From contig CAYVSA010000001.1 in assembly GCA_964454175.1 (NCBI GenBank), positions 9,993 to 73,992 on the forward strand: 64,000 nt of DNA, in the 5' to 3' direction. The position numbers and the translations under genes were made by a program. The notes under the pieces are model-generated. The model worked only from the letters and a program-made list of their open reading frames with translations, did not search any database and was not told the DNA's origin. Source of the DNA: an uncultured Pseudomonadota bacterium. Lineage in GTDB: Bacteria > BMS3Abin14. This document shows positions 18,678 to 28,025 of the stretch, piece after piece (position 1 is the first letter of the stretch; each line of letters opens with the position of its first letter).

Positions 18678-19322
18678 CTACTCGTTTGCAAGCTGGAATG
18701 CCAGACCCTCCAGGTCGATGGCAAAATCAACATTTCTCAGTATCGTTCCTGGCGGTACCTTGAGGGTAGCCGGAGTAAAGTTAAGTATGCCTTTTATGCC
18801 TGCATCAACAAGTTGATGGGCAACCTGGAAGGCGTTTTCCGGGTTTACCGCGATTATTCCTATCCTGATGCCCAACTCTTCCACAACGCGCCTCATCTTG
18901 TCCATGGAAAAGAGGGGGATATCCTTGAATGAACCCATCTCAACGAGTATGGGATCCTGCTCGAATATCGCCGCAATTTCAAATCCTCTCTTGGCCAGGG
19001 AATCGGTTCCGAGGAGTGCGAATCCCAGGTTTCCTGCTCCCACCAGAGCACAGCTCCAGGATCTGTCTATGCCGAGGGCCCTCTTGATATCCTCCTGAAG
19101 GTTCTCCACGTAGTACCCTACACCCCTGACCCCGAACTCGCCGAAATATGCAAAATCCTTCCTGATCTGAGCCGGGTTGGTCCCGCATTTTCGGGCAATG
19201 TCAGAGGAGGAAATGATCCTCTGTCCCGACTTCTGAACCTCCTCAAGGCACCTGTCGTAAAGGGAGAGGCGCCTTATAGTCGCTTCCGGGATCTTAACCC
19301 TGCTGACTTTTCTAAATACCAT
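18678..19322 (-). CDS. rex: Redox-sensing transcriptional repressor Rex
   Basis: The N-terminal wHTH 'IPEATIRRLSLYDRCLE' and the Rossmann NADH-binding 'ALVGAGNLGFAL' are present. Length is 214 aa. It overlaps the upstream cytochrome gene's end by 11 bp. Confidence 0.85.
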   Translation of the reverse strand: MVFRKVSRVKIPEATIRRLSLYDRCLEEVQKSGQRIISSSDIARKCGTNPAQIRKDFAYFGEFGVRGVGYYVENLQEDIKRALGIDRSWSCALVGAGNLGFALLGTDSLAKRGFEIAAIFEQDPILVEMGSFKDIPLFSMDKMRRVVEELGIRIGIIAVNPENAFQVAHQLVDAGIKGILNFTPATLKVPPGTILRNVDFAIDLEGLAFQLANE

Positions 19323-20676
19323 TTCTCACCTGCCTTGTAAGTTGCATAGCATTATCCAGGTCACTGCTGACTTTTTCCAGCACTTTCATAGTATAGCTGT
19401 AATTGTGGACCGGCACTCCGGCTTCGACAAAGGAGAGGTCGTTCCTGCTTTCAGACAGAAGCCTGCTGGCTTCATCCTTTCGATCTGATTGCGCCATGGA
19501 GGAGATGCCGGTATCGGCACTGCGAATCCTGGCCCGCACCGCGGCTATGGTTCTTGCCAGTTCATCACTCCAGGAAAGGAGCAGGTCCCCGCGACCAGTC
19601 TCATGGCAAAGTTCGCACCTTTTGCCGTCGGCCCTCATGCCGGGTTTGGCGGAATCGGTGCCGGACCCCTCCCTGGCGGCAGGTCCGTGACATGCCACGC
19701 ATTCTACTCCAGCGAGATACATTGGGGATGGTTCGGGCTCTACACCGGATATCCCTTCTCCGCCGTATAGCGACATGATGGCCCTGTGCCCGCCGCCATG
19801 ACAGAGGACGCAGCCGTTTTCAAGAACGACTCTCTGCTCCGGAAGCTGATGGCGTATAACGCTGTGGCATTCGCTGCACTCTACCTTGTGATCGGTTACG
19901 TGGCGTCTGTGAATGGTCTCGACGGATTCAGATGCTGTGACTTTGCCTGTCCTGCTGTGGCAGTCGGCGCAGTTCTCGTACAGGACATCGCCGCTTCCCT
20001 GGACAATGTCCAGGTGGCAGTAGCGGCAGTCTACTGATCTTTCCATAAAATCGGTGTGATCCAGCTTTCCGCCGGCATATTCCACAGGGTTTTCCGGCGG
20101 AGTGTGGCAAAGGGTACACGTGGCGGTGGGGGGATTGTTCTCGAACCCTTTGAAATGGCAAATAAAGCAGGCGCTTTCAGCAACGGTCATGTGATCTCCC
20201 ATGGCGATATGGGAGTGACACGTGGTACAGCGCAGTATCTTGCCACGGCTTAATTTCTGCATGTGGGGTTTGTGATCGAAAATAACGCCTTCCTTGTAAA
20301 CGACCTGACCCTCCAGCAGCCTGCCGGAATGGCATTCTGTCTGCAGGCAGTTAGCGTCCAGGACCTCTGCCCTGGTTCTTTCGCCATATGTGCGGGTGAA
20401 ATAGCTGCCGAGCTGCATAAAAGCGCGGAACCTGGGCATCAGGTGGCCGTCCTCATCAGGCCGGGTGTGGCACTGGACGCAGGGTACATTGTTGTGAGTC
20501 GATCCCTTCCAGTCTTGGTAATAGTGCTTCATGACGTGGCAGGTGTTGCCGCAAAATACCGCGGTTTCAGTCACCTTCAGAGTTGCCCACGTTGAGAAGA
20601 ACAGCAGCGCCAGGACAATGAGAAGAACTTCATAGAAGCGAAGCTTCCCGAGAAATTTAACTCCCCTCTCTTTCAT
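19312..20676 (-). CDS. NapC/NirT/NrfH-like membrane-anchored multiheme cytochrome c (about 12 CxxCH)
   Basis: There is an N-terminal TM helix, then 'CGNTCH' plus at least 10 further CxxCH motifs, including a CxxxCH variant. It is the last cytochrome gene of the operon. Confidence 0.8.
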   Translation of the reverse strand: MKERGVKFLGKLRFYEVLLIVLALLFFSTWATLKVTETAVFCGNTCHVMKHYYQDWKGSTHNNVPCVQCHTRPDEDGHLMPRFRAFMQLGSYFTRTYGERTRAEVLDANCLQTECHSGRLLEGQVVYKEGVIFDHKPHMQKLSRGKILRCTTCHSHIAMGDHMTVAESACFICHFKGFENNPPTATCTLCHTPPENPVEYAGGKLDHTDFMERSVDCRYCHLDIVQGSGDVLYENCADCHSRTGKVTASESVETIHRRHVTDHKVECSECHSVIRHQLPEQRVVLENGCVLCHGGGHRAIMSLYGGEGISGVEPEPSPMYLAGVECVACHGPAAREGSGTDSAKPGMRADGKRCELCHETGRGDLLLSWSDELARTIAAVRARIRSADTGISSMAQSDRKDEASRLLSESRNDLSFVEAGVPVHNYSYTMKVLEKVSSDLDNAMQLTRQVRNGI

Positions 20677-20880
20677 GACTGCCCTCTGACCGGGTCTTTA
20701 CAGGCTGGAATCTCGCTGTATAACAGGCCCGGTAAAGTCGAGATTGTGAATAACCCGACAGTTTGAGAAGATTAGCACAGGTCACCTTTGGTGTCAATTA
20801 ACATGCGGGTTTCACTAACATCGTGCCAGCAATATTAACCCCATACAGGCAAAGTTTAAGATACATCTGGGTACAAGTCC

Positions 20881-21750
20881 TCATCGGATCTCCATGAGGG
20901 CAGAGTAGATGATAAAGAGGACCATGGTCAGCCCGAGACCATAGGCCGCAAAACCTGCGATCCGTGACCAGATAACGGTGGTTCGGGTTGGCGGATCTGT
21001 TGTCAGATCTTCCAGTTTGCCCGCTTCAACAAGCCTTCTGTACTCTGCGGGTCTTTCGTGGACCAGTTCTTCCTCGGTTATCCTGCCCGTGAAGATGACA
21101 TTGTCCAGGGGGAACTTCTCGGGGCGAAGGTGGGTATTGAAAAAATGTACCGTGAATATGAAGCCTGCCGCCAGCAGTGCCTCATCGGAATGCAATATAA
21201 TAGAGACGTTAAAAGCCCAGCCAGGAAGGAACTTTGAGAAGAACTCCGGGAACCATAGAGTCAGCCCTGAAAAACCGATTATCCCGACACCCCAGAAGAC
21301 AGCGAGGTAGTCAAATTTCTCCCAGTATGTGAACCTGTCAAAATCAGGCCTGCTGCCCTTGCCGAGGAACCACCTGAAATGCCCGATGATATCTTCAAGA
21401 TCTTTTTTCCAGGGCATCATGGAATTAGGCCCTGTCAGGAAGGCAAAGAAGGGCTCCTCCCGAAGGCAGACAATATAATAGGCTGCCCATGCGAGGTGCA
21501 GCGTGAAGTAAACGAATGTAATGAAGCCGCAGACGCGGTGGATATAACCTGCAGTCTGGATGCCGCCCAGAAAAAGCGCAAAGGTCCTGGCCCAGGCAGC
21601 CTCACTGTACTTTAAGGGCATGCCGGTCAGGACCAGACCCATGAAACTGATGATTATCAGGGCGTGCAGAAATCGGTGGTAGTATTGGAACCGGAGGTAG
21701 TAAATGGGGTTTTTCTCCCCGTTCCGGAGGTCGTTTGCATAATTTATCAT
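20881..21750 (-). CDS. Membrane b-type cytochrome (Ni/Fe-hydrogenase or formate dehydrogenase gamma / PhsC-like di-haem b subunit)
   Basis: It has 5-6 TM helices with conserved His pairs in the TM segments (HRFLHAL, IHRV, HLAW, HFFNTH). It is flanked by the two multiheme c genes. Confidence 0.55.
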   Translation of the reverse strand: MINYANDLRNGEKNPIYYLRFQYYHRFLHALIIISFMGLVLTGMPLKYSEAAWARTFALFLGGIQTAGYIHRVCGFITFVYFTLHLAWAAYYIVCLREEPFFAFLTGPNSMMPWKKDLEDIIGHFRWFLGKGSRPDFDRFTYWEKFDYLAVFWGVGIIGFSGLTLWFPEFFSKFLPGWAFNVSIILHSDEALLAAGFIFTVHFFNTHLRPEKFPLDNVIFTGRITEEELVHERPAEYRRLVEAGKLEDLTTDPPTRTTVIWSRIAGFAAYGLGLTMVLFIIYSALMEIR

Positions 21751-21770
21751 TTCGTCCTCCCGCCTGTATT

Positions 21771-22967
21771 TCAGTTCAAATTATCTTTTTTCCTCTCTTC
21801 GATGTGCCCCCTCACCAGCCACAGTGCTGTGTGGATACCGAAGAATATGAATACCCCGGAGAGCAGGAGCACCATTGCCAGGTAGAGGTAATAGAGTCCG
21901 GGATAATTTTCCTTGTCGTGGTAATCGGCATGCGGAAGGTATTTGACGAAGTTGGCGTTGGCCCCAGGGTGGCAAACCCCGCAGGTTTTGACCAGGTTGC
22001 CGGGATGGACCATTGATTCATTGTCATCCCTTGGCAGGATGTTGTGAGCTCCGTGGCAGTCTGGACATTGGGCGGCTTTCGAATACCCCATGCCCGTCAC
22101 CTGCCCGTGGTAGGTGTTCTTGAAGGTGTCACTCTCCTTTTCGTGACAGCCTGAGCACCGCCTGGTCACTGTAAGCATAAAATCCTTGTCCATGGCACGG
22201 TCTACCTTGTGAGCACCGTGACAGGAGATACAGGTTGGTGCCTCCTGGCTGCCCTCGGTGAACGCACTGCCATGGACACTGGAATTGTAAACGTTCACTA
22301 TGCCGGCGTGGCACGAACTGCAGGTGGTATTGATCCTGTTTCTGTGGGTCATTGCCCTCTCATCGTCTGCGGAATAGATGTTGTGGCTGCCGTGGCAGTC
22401 ATTGCATACGGCCGAAAAGATCATGCCGCTCCTGAAAAGAACGATGCCGTGCATGCCCTCCTCGAAATCGGAGCACACGTCAGATCTGAGAGCAGGATGT
22501 CTTTCGAGGATCTCAGGGCTGTCGTGACAGGTGCAGCATGTTGCCGGCAAGTTCAGCTCATAGGCTCTGGATTGGACGTTGCTGGTTGGCAAAATGTCGT
22601 GCTTGCCGTGGCAGCTGGAGCAGACCGGCAGGTCCGTCCGGGTCCGCGCATTCCCTGGCGAGTGGTCGCTTACCCTGAATTTGGCGACCATGTCGTCATG
22701 GCAGCGGCCGCAGTCTACAGCTTCCACTTCCTCATCGTGTTCATCTTCAGCGTCTTCCAGTTGAACATGACAGTCTGTACAGTCCAGGTCCCCGTGTATC
22801 GATCGGGAGAAGACATCCTCATCTATAAACAGAGAAAGCTCCTCCCCATCTACTTCTTTTGTGAGTGTGTCATCAGAATGACAGTCGAAGCAATCTGAGG
22901 TGGTCAGGGCCTGGGCCGGAGCGTAAAGAAGAAGTATGGCCACCGACAGAATAAACGCATATCTCAT
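21771..22967 (-). CDS. Periplasmic multiheme cytochrome c (11 CxxCH) with a C-terminal TM anchor
   Basis: It has a Sec signal peptide and 11 CxxCH motifs, and ends in 'LYYLYLAMVLLLSGVFIFFGIHTALWLV'. It is the first gene of the operon. Confidence 0.8.
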   Translation of the reverse strand: MRYAFILSVAILLLYAPAQALTTSDCFDCHSDDTLTKEVDGEELSLFIDEDVFSRSIHGDLDCTDCHVQLEDAEDEHDEEVEAVDCGRCHDDMVAKFRVSDHSPGNARTRTDLPVCSSCHGKHDILPTSNVQSRAYELNLPATCCTCHDSPEILERHPALRSDVCSDFEEGMHGIVLFRSGMIFSAVCNDCHGSHNIYSADDERAMTHRNRINTTCSSCHAGIVNVYNSSVHGSAFTEGSQEAPTCISCHGAHKVDRAMDKDFMLTVTRRCSGCHEKESDTFKNTYHGQVTGMGYSKAAQCPDCHGAHNILPRDDNESMVHPGNLVKTCGVCHPGANANFVKYLPHADYHDKENYPGLYYLYLAMVLLLSGVFIFFGIHTALWLVRGHIEERKKDNLN

Positions 22968-23082
22968 TTTGCCCCCCTTCAGAACTTGATCGCGCTGGGC
23001 GCCGGATCGCTTGATAAAGTGTTAACTTTCACAAGTTCAAGCGAAACAAAAGGGGAGGGTGTTGTGCTCCTCCCCTTGGGGT

Positions 23083-23427
23083 CTACAGTTTAAACAGGAG
23101 CATCAGGGAAATAACCAGAGAGTAGATAACCAGTGACTCGATGAGAGCCAGACCGATGATCATGGTCGTCATAATCTTTCCTGAAGCACCGGGGTTCCTG
23201 GCAATACCCTCCATGGCTCCCCTGATAGCGATGCCCTGACCAATACCGCCGCCTAAAGCAGCGATGCTGACACAAAGAGCAGAGCCAAGCGCTAAGGCGA
23301 AGCCAATATTTCCGGGTTGAACGTCAACTCCAGCTGCCTGCGCTCCTTCCTCAGCTGCAAGGGCGAGCGGCGCCAAAGCTAGCACAACGATGGCCGCCAG
23401 AAGTGATATGGCGATCTTCTTCTTCAT
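23083..23427 (-). CDS. atpE: F-type ATP synthase subunit c with an N-terminal signal-like extension
   Basis: It is a c-subunit hairpin with 'GGGIGQGIAIRGAMEGIARNP' and 'IIGLALIESLVIYSLV'. I place the start at Met 'MKKKIAISLL'. Confidence 0.85.
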   Translation of the reverse strand: MKKKIAISLLAAIVVLALAPLALAAEEGAQAAGVDVQPGNIGFALALGSALCVSIAALGGGIGQGIAIRGAMEGIARNPGASGKIMTTMIIGLALIESLVIYSLVISLMLLFKL

Positions 23428-23488
23428 GGATGCACTCCTCCTTTCCAAGATTCTATTCATATATATCAATCAGCATAAAAAGGCCAGC

Positions 23489-24202
23489 TTAATGAGCCTC
23501 CTCCAGTGCTCCAGTGATGTAAATGATAGAGAGAAGAGTAAATACGAAAGCCTGGATAAGGGCAACGAATATGCCTAGACCCATAAAAATTACGGGTATG
23601 AAAAGAGGCACAAGGCTGACAAAGATAGCAAGGAGCAGATGGTCTCCGAACATGTTGCCGAAAAGGCGGAATGAAAGGCTCACGATCCTTGCAAAATGTC
23701 CGATGAGCTCAACGATTATCATGAGAGGGGCCAGCCACAGGACCGGGCCCATAAAGTGCTTAATGTAGCTTGCCCCGTGGGTTTTAATTCCCACATAGTG
23801 GGTGGATAAAAAGATCACCAGAGCACAGGCAATGTTGGTATTCAGGTTGCTGGTGGGCGGTTCGAAGCCCGGGATGGTTCCCAGTAGATTTGAAAAGAGG
23901 ATGAAAAAGGCTGTTGTCCCGATGAGGGGCAGGAAACGTCTTGCGTTTTCACCCATGAGTTGTTCCATGAAATCAAGGAGCAGCTTGACCCCCAGTTCCA
24001 GGAGGTTCGGTATGCTGAAGGTGCGGCCCTCAGGCATTACCCTGCCGCTTTTAAGTGAGCGATTAATTAGAATTGCTGCTCCTATGAGCAACAGGGAGAC
24101 CAGGGCTGCGTGCATCACGGGCGCGGCATCAAGGCCCTCGATCTTCTCCAGGGCGTGTGCAATGGGTGTGTGTTCCAGATATATGAAAGATTCAGCTACC
24201 AT
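23489..24202 (-). CDS. atpB: F-type ATP synthase subunit a
   Basis: It has the conserved 'LSFRLFGNMFGDH' region containing the essential Arg. It is polytopic. Confidence 0.9.
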   Translation of the reverse strand: MVAESFIYLEHTPIAHALEKIEGLDAAPVMHAALVSLLLIGAAILINRSLKSGRVMPEGRTFSIPNLLELGVKLLLDFMEQLMGENARRFLPLIGTTAFFILFSNLLGTIPGFEPPTSNLNTNIACALVIFLSTHYVGIKTHGASYIKHFMGPVLWLAPLMIIVELIGHFARIVSLSFRLFGNMFGDHLLLAIFVSLVPLFIPVIFMGLGIFVALIQAFVFTLLSIIYITGALEEAH

Positions 24203-24590
24203 CAGTGCTCCCGTTTTTCTTTTTGTTCCCCGGGAAGATCAGAAAGTCAGCAATCAGGCCTGCCGGCAGGACCAGAAGTCCGATTACCAGACCCAGGTAT
24301 GAACCAATTTTCCAGTGCATGAATCCAGCTATAATACCTGCAGTAAGGGCAAGTTTGGTTAGGTAGATCAACCCGTAAACCGCTCTTGCCAGAACCCCAC
24401 CGGTAAAAAATGAGCCTACGACCTTCTCTGTGCCAAGAAGGTTCAAGATGATCAGGAAACCGCCCGCCATGACACCCTTGGTATATGGCGGTTTTCCCAG
24501 TATGAGAAAAAACAGTGCGGCTCCAAGCGTCAGTACCACGACCCAGAACTTGAGCCGCCTGAGCCTTCCACCGTCAGGGTGGGAATTCAA
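24192..24590 (-). CDS. atpI: ATP synthase protein I-like small membrane protein
   Basis: It is a 4-TM hydrophobic 132-aa protein upstream of atpB. Confidence 0.45.
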   Translation of the reverse strand: MNSHPDGGRLRRLKFWVVVLTLGAALFFLILGKPPYTKGVMAGGFLIILNLLGTEKVVGSFFTGGVLARAVYGLIYLTKLALTAGIIAGFMHWKIGSYLGLVIGLLVLPAGLIADFLIFPGNKKKNGSTDGS

Positions 24591-24820
24591 TCTTTCGCTT
24601 CTTCCTCTTCTTCGAACACTGAGCCGCGAACGGCTTTTATGAGAGCCCGCCCCGCGGCAACGAAACCTAAGATCATGAAGAGCAGAGTCAGCCAGGGATC
24701 AGTGCCCAGCTTACGGTCCAGAAACATTCCAATAAGGAGGCCTATAACGACTGCCGCCCCCATTTCCAGACCCAGGCTGCTGTACTTTAAAAGATCGTAG
24801 AACGCCCGACCCTTGGCCAT
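24587..24820 (-). CDS. atpZ: AtpZ/AtpR-family small membrane protein (PF09527-like)
   Basis: 'SSLGLEMGAAVVIGLLIGMFLDRKLGTDPWLTLLFMILGFVAAG' matches the family signature. The start is uncertain: the ORF could extend to 24928. Confidence 0.45.
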   Translation of the reverse strand: MAKGRAFYDLLKYSSLGLEMGAAVVIGLLIGMFLDRKLGTDPWLTLLFMILGFVAAGRALIKAVRGSVFEEEEEAKD

Positions 24821-24997
24821 TCGCTCTTCTCCTGCCGGGTCCGGATAATAAACCCTCCCGGGAACACCGCCGAAAAGATACAGAGTGACCAAGTGATTGT
24901 CAAGCAATATGGGGTTACTGACGACCATTTGCAGAGCTTAAACACTCTGGAATCAGCGTGTTTTCAAACGATATAAATTAACGGTCCAGATCACTGA

Positions 24998-26281
24998 TTA
25001 TAGCATGACCTTTTCAATAGCCTTTTCATGCGCTTCTGCAGTTCTCGCAATATCCTCTTCAGTATGCGCCAGGGACACGAAGGCCGCCTCGAACTGTGAC
25101 GGGGCAAGATAAACACCCTCAGAGATCATCGCCATGAAATAGGATCCAAATATCCGGGTATCAGATGCCTTTGCGCCCGCGAAATCTGTAACGGGTCCCG
25201 GGTTGAAAAACGTTGTGAACATGGATCCAACCCTGTTGAAGGCGAGCTTGGCCCCGAGCTTTTTGTTGACGGCGGCCAAGGCCATGGCCAGATCAGATGC
25301 CATTTTCTCCAGGGATTCGTAAGTGCCGGGCCGTTCGAGAATCTCCAGGGTGGCTACTCCTGCTGCCATGGCAAGAGGGTTCCCGGAAAGGGTGCCGGCC
25401 TGGTAAATGGGCCCTTCCGGTGCCATTTGCGACATGAACCTGGCTTTGCCGCCATAGGCTCCAACGGGAAGGCCTCCCCCAATGATCTTGCCCAGAGTGG
25501 TGAGGTCCGGATCGATGCCGTAAAGCTCCTGGACGCCCCCAAGGGCGACCCTGAACCCGGTCATTACCTCGTCGAAGATGAGCAGGGCCCCCTCGCGGCT
25601 GGTTATCTCCCGAAGACCTTCCAGAAAACCTTTTCCGGGAACCATCACGCCCATGTTGCCGGGTACGGGTTCAACGATCACCGCAGCTATCTGTTCGGGG
25701 TTCTGTTCGAAAAGAGCCTCTACCGATCCCAGGTCGTTGTACTCTGCTATGAGTGTGTTCTTTGCGTAATCTTCGGGTACGCCCGGGCTGTCGGGTACGC
25801 CGAGGGTGAGGGCGCCGGAGCCGGCCCTGACCAGGAGGCCGTCTGCGTGGCCGTGGTAGCATCCGTTGAACTTGATTATTCTGTCCCTGCCTGTTGCCCC
25901 CCTTGCAAGCCTTATAGCGCTCATAGTGGCCTCGGTGCCGGAGTTGACCATCCTGACCATCTCCATGGAAGGAACCGCGGCTATGACTTTACCGGCAAGG
26001 GTCAGCTCCATCTCGGTCGGGGCGCCGTAGCTCGTTCCCCTCCCTGCGGCTTCAATCACTGCGGAGATGACCTCCCCATTGGCATGTCCCACTATCATTG
26101 GTCCCCAGGACCCCACGTAGTCGATATAGGTGTTGCCGTCAACATCCTCGATCTTTGATCCATGCGCCCTGGCAATGAACAGAGGATTGCCCCCTACAGA
26201 GCGAAAAGCCCTGACAGGACTGTTCACTCCACCGGGAATGAGTTTGATGGATTTAGAAAAAAGGTCTGATGATCTGGTCAT
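24998..26281 (-). CDS. hemL: Glutamate-1-semialdehyde 2,1-aminomutase HemL
   Basis: '[13 protein letters not shown]' and the PLP-lysine region '[19 protein letters not shown]' are present. Length is 427 aa. Confidence 0.9.
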   Translation of the reverse strand: MTRSSDLFSKSIKLIPGGVNSPVRAFRSVGGNPLFIARAHGSKIEDVDGNTYIDYVGSWGPMIVGHANGEVISAVIEAAGRGTSYGAPTEMELTLAGKVIAAVPSMEMVRMVNSGTEATMSAIRLARGATGRDRIIKFNGCYHGHADGLLVRAGSGALTLGVPDSPGVPEDYAKNTLIAEYNDLGSVEALFEQNPEQIAAVIVEPVPGNMGVMVPGKGFLEGLREITSREGALLIFDEVMTGFRVALGGVQELYGIDPDLTTLGKIIGGGLPVGAYGGKARFMSQMAPEGPIYQAGTLSGNPLAMAAGVATLEILERPGTYESLEKMASDLAMALAAVNKKLGAKLAFNRVGSMFTTFFNPGPVTDFAGAKASDTRIFGSYFMAMISEGVYLAPSQFEAAFVSLAHTEEDIARTAEAHEKAIEKVML

Positions 26282-26413
26282 GAAGCGGCTCCTTTAATAA
26301 AAAAACCCTTTAAAATTAATGGTTTTCCATCTAGCATAGAGCAGTTTGACTGTCAAGTACCAAGTGTTATTTGCTCCCGGGTACGCAATATTGGTGAAGA
26401 AATTCTCTTTTCA

Positions 26414-26443
26414 TTGACATGTCAGGTGATTTTCGTGTATAGA
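26414..26443 (+). promoter_or_regulatory. Candidate sigma70-type promoter for the nuo operon (TTGACA-N18-TATAGA)
   Basis: A TTGACA at 26414-26419 and a TATAGA at 26438-26443 lie about 130 nt upstream of nuoA, in the hemL/nuoA divergent region. Confidence 0.3.
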
Positions 26444-26571
26444 CTTGCATCTGAATAAGTACTGCCTGCATACATTATACTGAATACATTAGAGTTTTTG
26501 AGTAGCCTGGCTGTACAGTCCGGTTGAACTGGGGGGGCGGCATCCATGGTTGACGCGGCCTCCACGAGGGA

Positions 26572-26958
26572 TTGGCTCGAGCGATGCAAGAAGATCTAAT
26601 TCTTGGTTACCTGCCCATATTCATTTTCCTGATAATTGTCGCGGGCATGGGGTCCATGATGATCATGGTCTCGGCGATAATTGGAAGGAAAAACCCCTCA
26701 AAAGAAAAGCTATCCACCTACGAATGCGGAATGACTCCGACTAAGGACGCTCGCAGAAGACTGGACATCCGCTTTTACCTGATCGCCATGCTATTTATCC
26801 TTTTCGATATCGAGGTAGTCTTCCTATATCCATGGGCTATCCTCTTTGACCGATTTGACCCCATCGTCTTCGGGTTCATCGAGATGGTAATGTTTATCAT
26901 CGTCCTGCTCTTCGGGTACATCTATGTGTGGAGGAAGGGTGCGCTTAACTGGTCATGA
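26572..26958 (+). CDS. nuoA: NADH-quinone oxidoreductase subunit A
   Basis: It is a 3-TM protein with 'YECG...[22 protein letters not shown]'. Confidence 0.9.
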   Translation: MARAMQEDLILGYLPIFIFLIIVAGMGSMMIMVSAIIGRKNPSKEKLSTYECGMTPTKDARRRLDIRFYLIAMLFILFDIEVVFLYPWAILFDRFDPIVFGFIEMVMFIIVLLFGYIYVWRKGALNWS

Positions 26959-27506
26959 AGAAGAATCGCAGCAGTTTTTCCAGAGGTCCGTTACCCACAG
27001 AAGATAATATCCTCCTGACTACAGTCAGCGCGGTGATGAACTGGGCTCAGCGCTCGTCCGTCTGGCCGCTTCAGTTCGGCCTGGCTTGCTGTGCCATCGA
27101 GATGATAGCCGTGGGATGCGCAAGATACGATATTGCAAGGTTCGGCGCAGAGGTTTTCAGGGCCTCCCCCAGGCAGGCCGACCTGATGATAGTTGCCGGC
27201 ACTGTAACCAACAAGATGGCGCCCGTTGTAAAAAAGCTCTACGATCAGATGTCCGAGCCCAAGTGGGTGCTGGCCATGGGAAGCTGCGCTACCTGCGGTG
27301 GTATCTTTCAGACCTACAGCGTGGTACCCGGTGTTAACCGTATCATACCGGTAGACGTTTACGTTCCTGGGTGCCCCCCAAGGCCCGAGGCCCTGCTCCA
27401 CGGCCTTATGACCCTTCAGAACAAGATCGACAGCCAGGTCCATTTCCGCGCTGCGCCGCTGGATCTCAAGCCGGGTTTCAGGGGCCCCGGAATAAAGGAT
27501 GACTGA
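26955..27506 (+). CDS. nuoB: NADH-quinone oxidoreductase subunit B
   Basis: '[14 protein letters not shown]...GSCATCGG...PGCPP' are the N2 cluster ligands. Confidence 0.95.
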   Translation: MKKNRSSFSRGPLPTEDNILLTTVSAVMNWAQRSSVWPLQFGLACCAIEMIAVGCARYDIARFGAEVFRASPRQADLMIVAGTVTNKMAPVVKKLYDQMSEPKWVLAMGSCATCGGIFQTYSVVPGVNRIIPVDVYVPGCPPRPEALLHGLMTLQNKIDSQVHFRAAPLDLKPGFRGPGIKDD

Positions 27507-27509
27507 GAG

Positions 27510-28016
27510 ATGACTGTAGGTTGGAATAGACAGAATTTCTCAGGGGACAGCCCCGGAGAACACCCCGCTGTAAAGGCCATCGAAGAGAATTTCCCCGCGG
27601 CATTCATTGAGTCCGGATCCTTCAGGGGTGAAGTGTGGGCGGTAGTAAAACCTGAAAAATGCAGAGCTGTCCTGCACTTCCTGGCAGAGGAGCCATCGCT
27701 CTCCTTTAATTACCTGTCCGACCTGACGGCCGTACACGAACCCCGCAAAGACGAACAATTCGAAATAGTATACCAGGTGTATTCCCTGTCAAGGCACTCC
27801 CGCTTCAGGGTCAAAACAAGGCTCGAAGAGGGCATGGAGGCCGACAGCGTTGTCTCCATCTGGCAGGGCGCTAACTGGCTCGAGAGGGAAGTTTACGATA
27901 ATTTCGGTGTAGTTTTTTCCGGTCATCCCGACCTGAGGAGGATCATGAATCCTGAAGGTTTCGACGGCCACCCTCTGAGGAAAGATTTTCCCGTCGGCGG
28001 ACGGGTGAAATGGTGA
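27510..28016 (+). CDS. nuoC: NADH-quinone oxidoreductase subunit C
   Basis: It has a NuoC/30-kDa fold: 'YQVYSLSRHSRFRVK...ANWLEREVYDNFGVVFSGHPDLRRI'. Confidence 0.9.
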   Translation: MTVGWNRQNFSGDSPGEHPAVKAIEENFPAAFIESGSFRGEVWAVVKPEKCRAVLHFLAEEPSLSFNYLSDLTAVHEPRKDEQFEIVYQVYSLSRHSRFRVKTRLEEGMEADSVVSIWQGANWLEREVYDNFGVVFSGHPDLRRIMNPEGFDGHPLRKDFPVGGRVKW

Positions 28017-28025
28017 GGTAGGATC

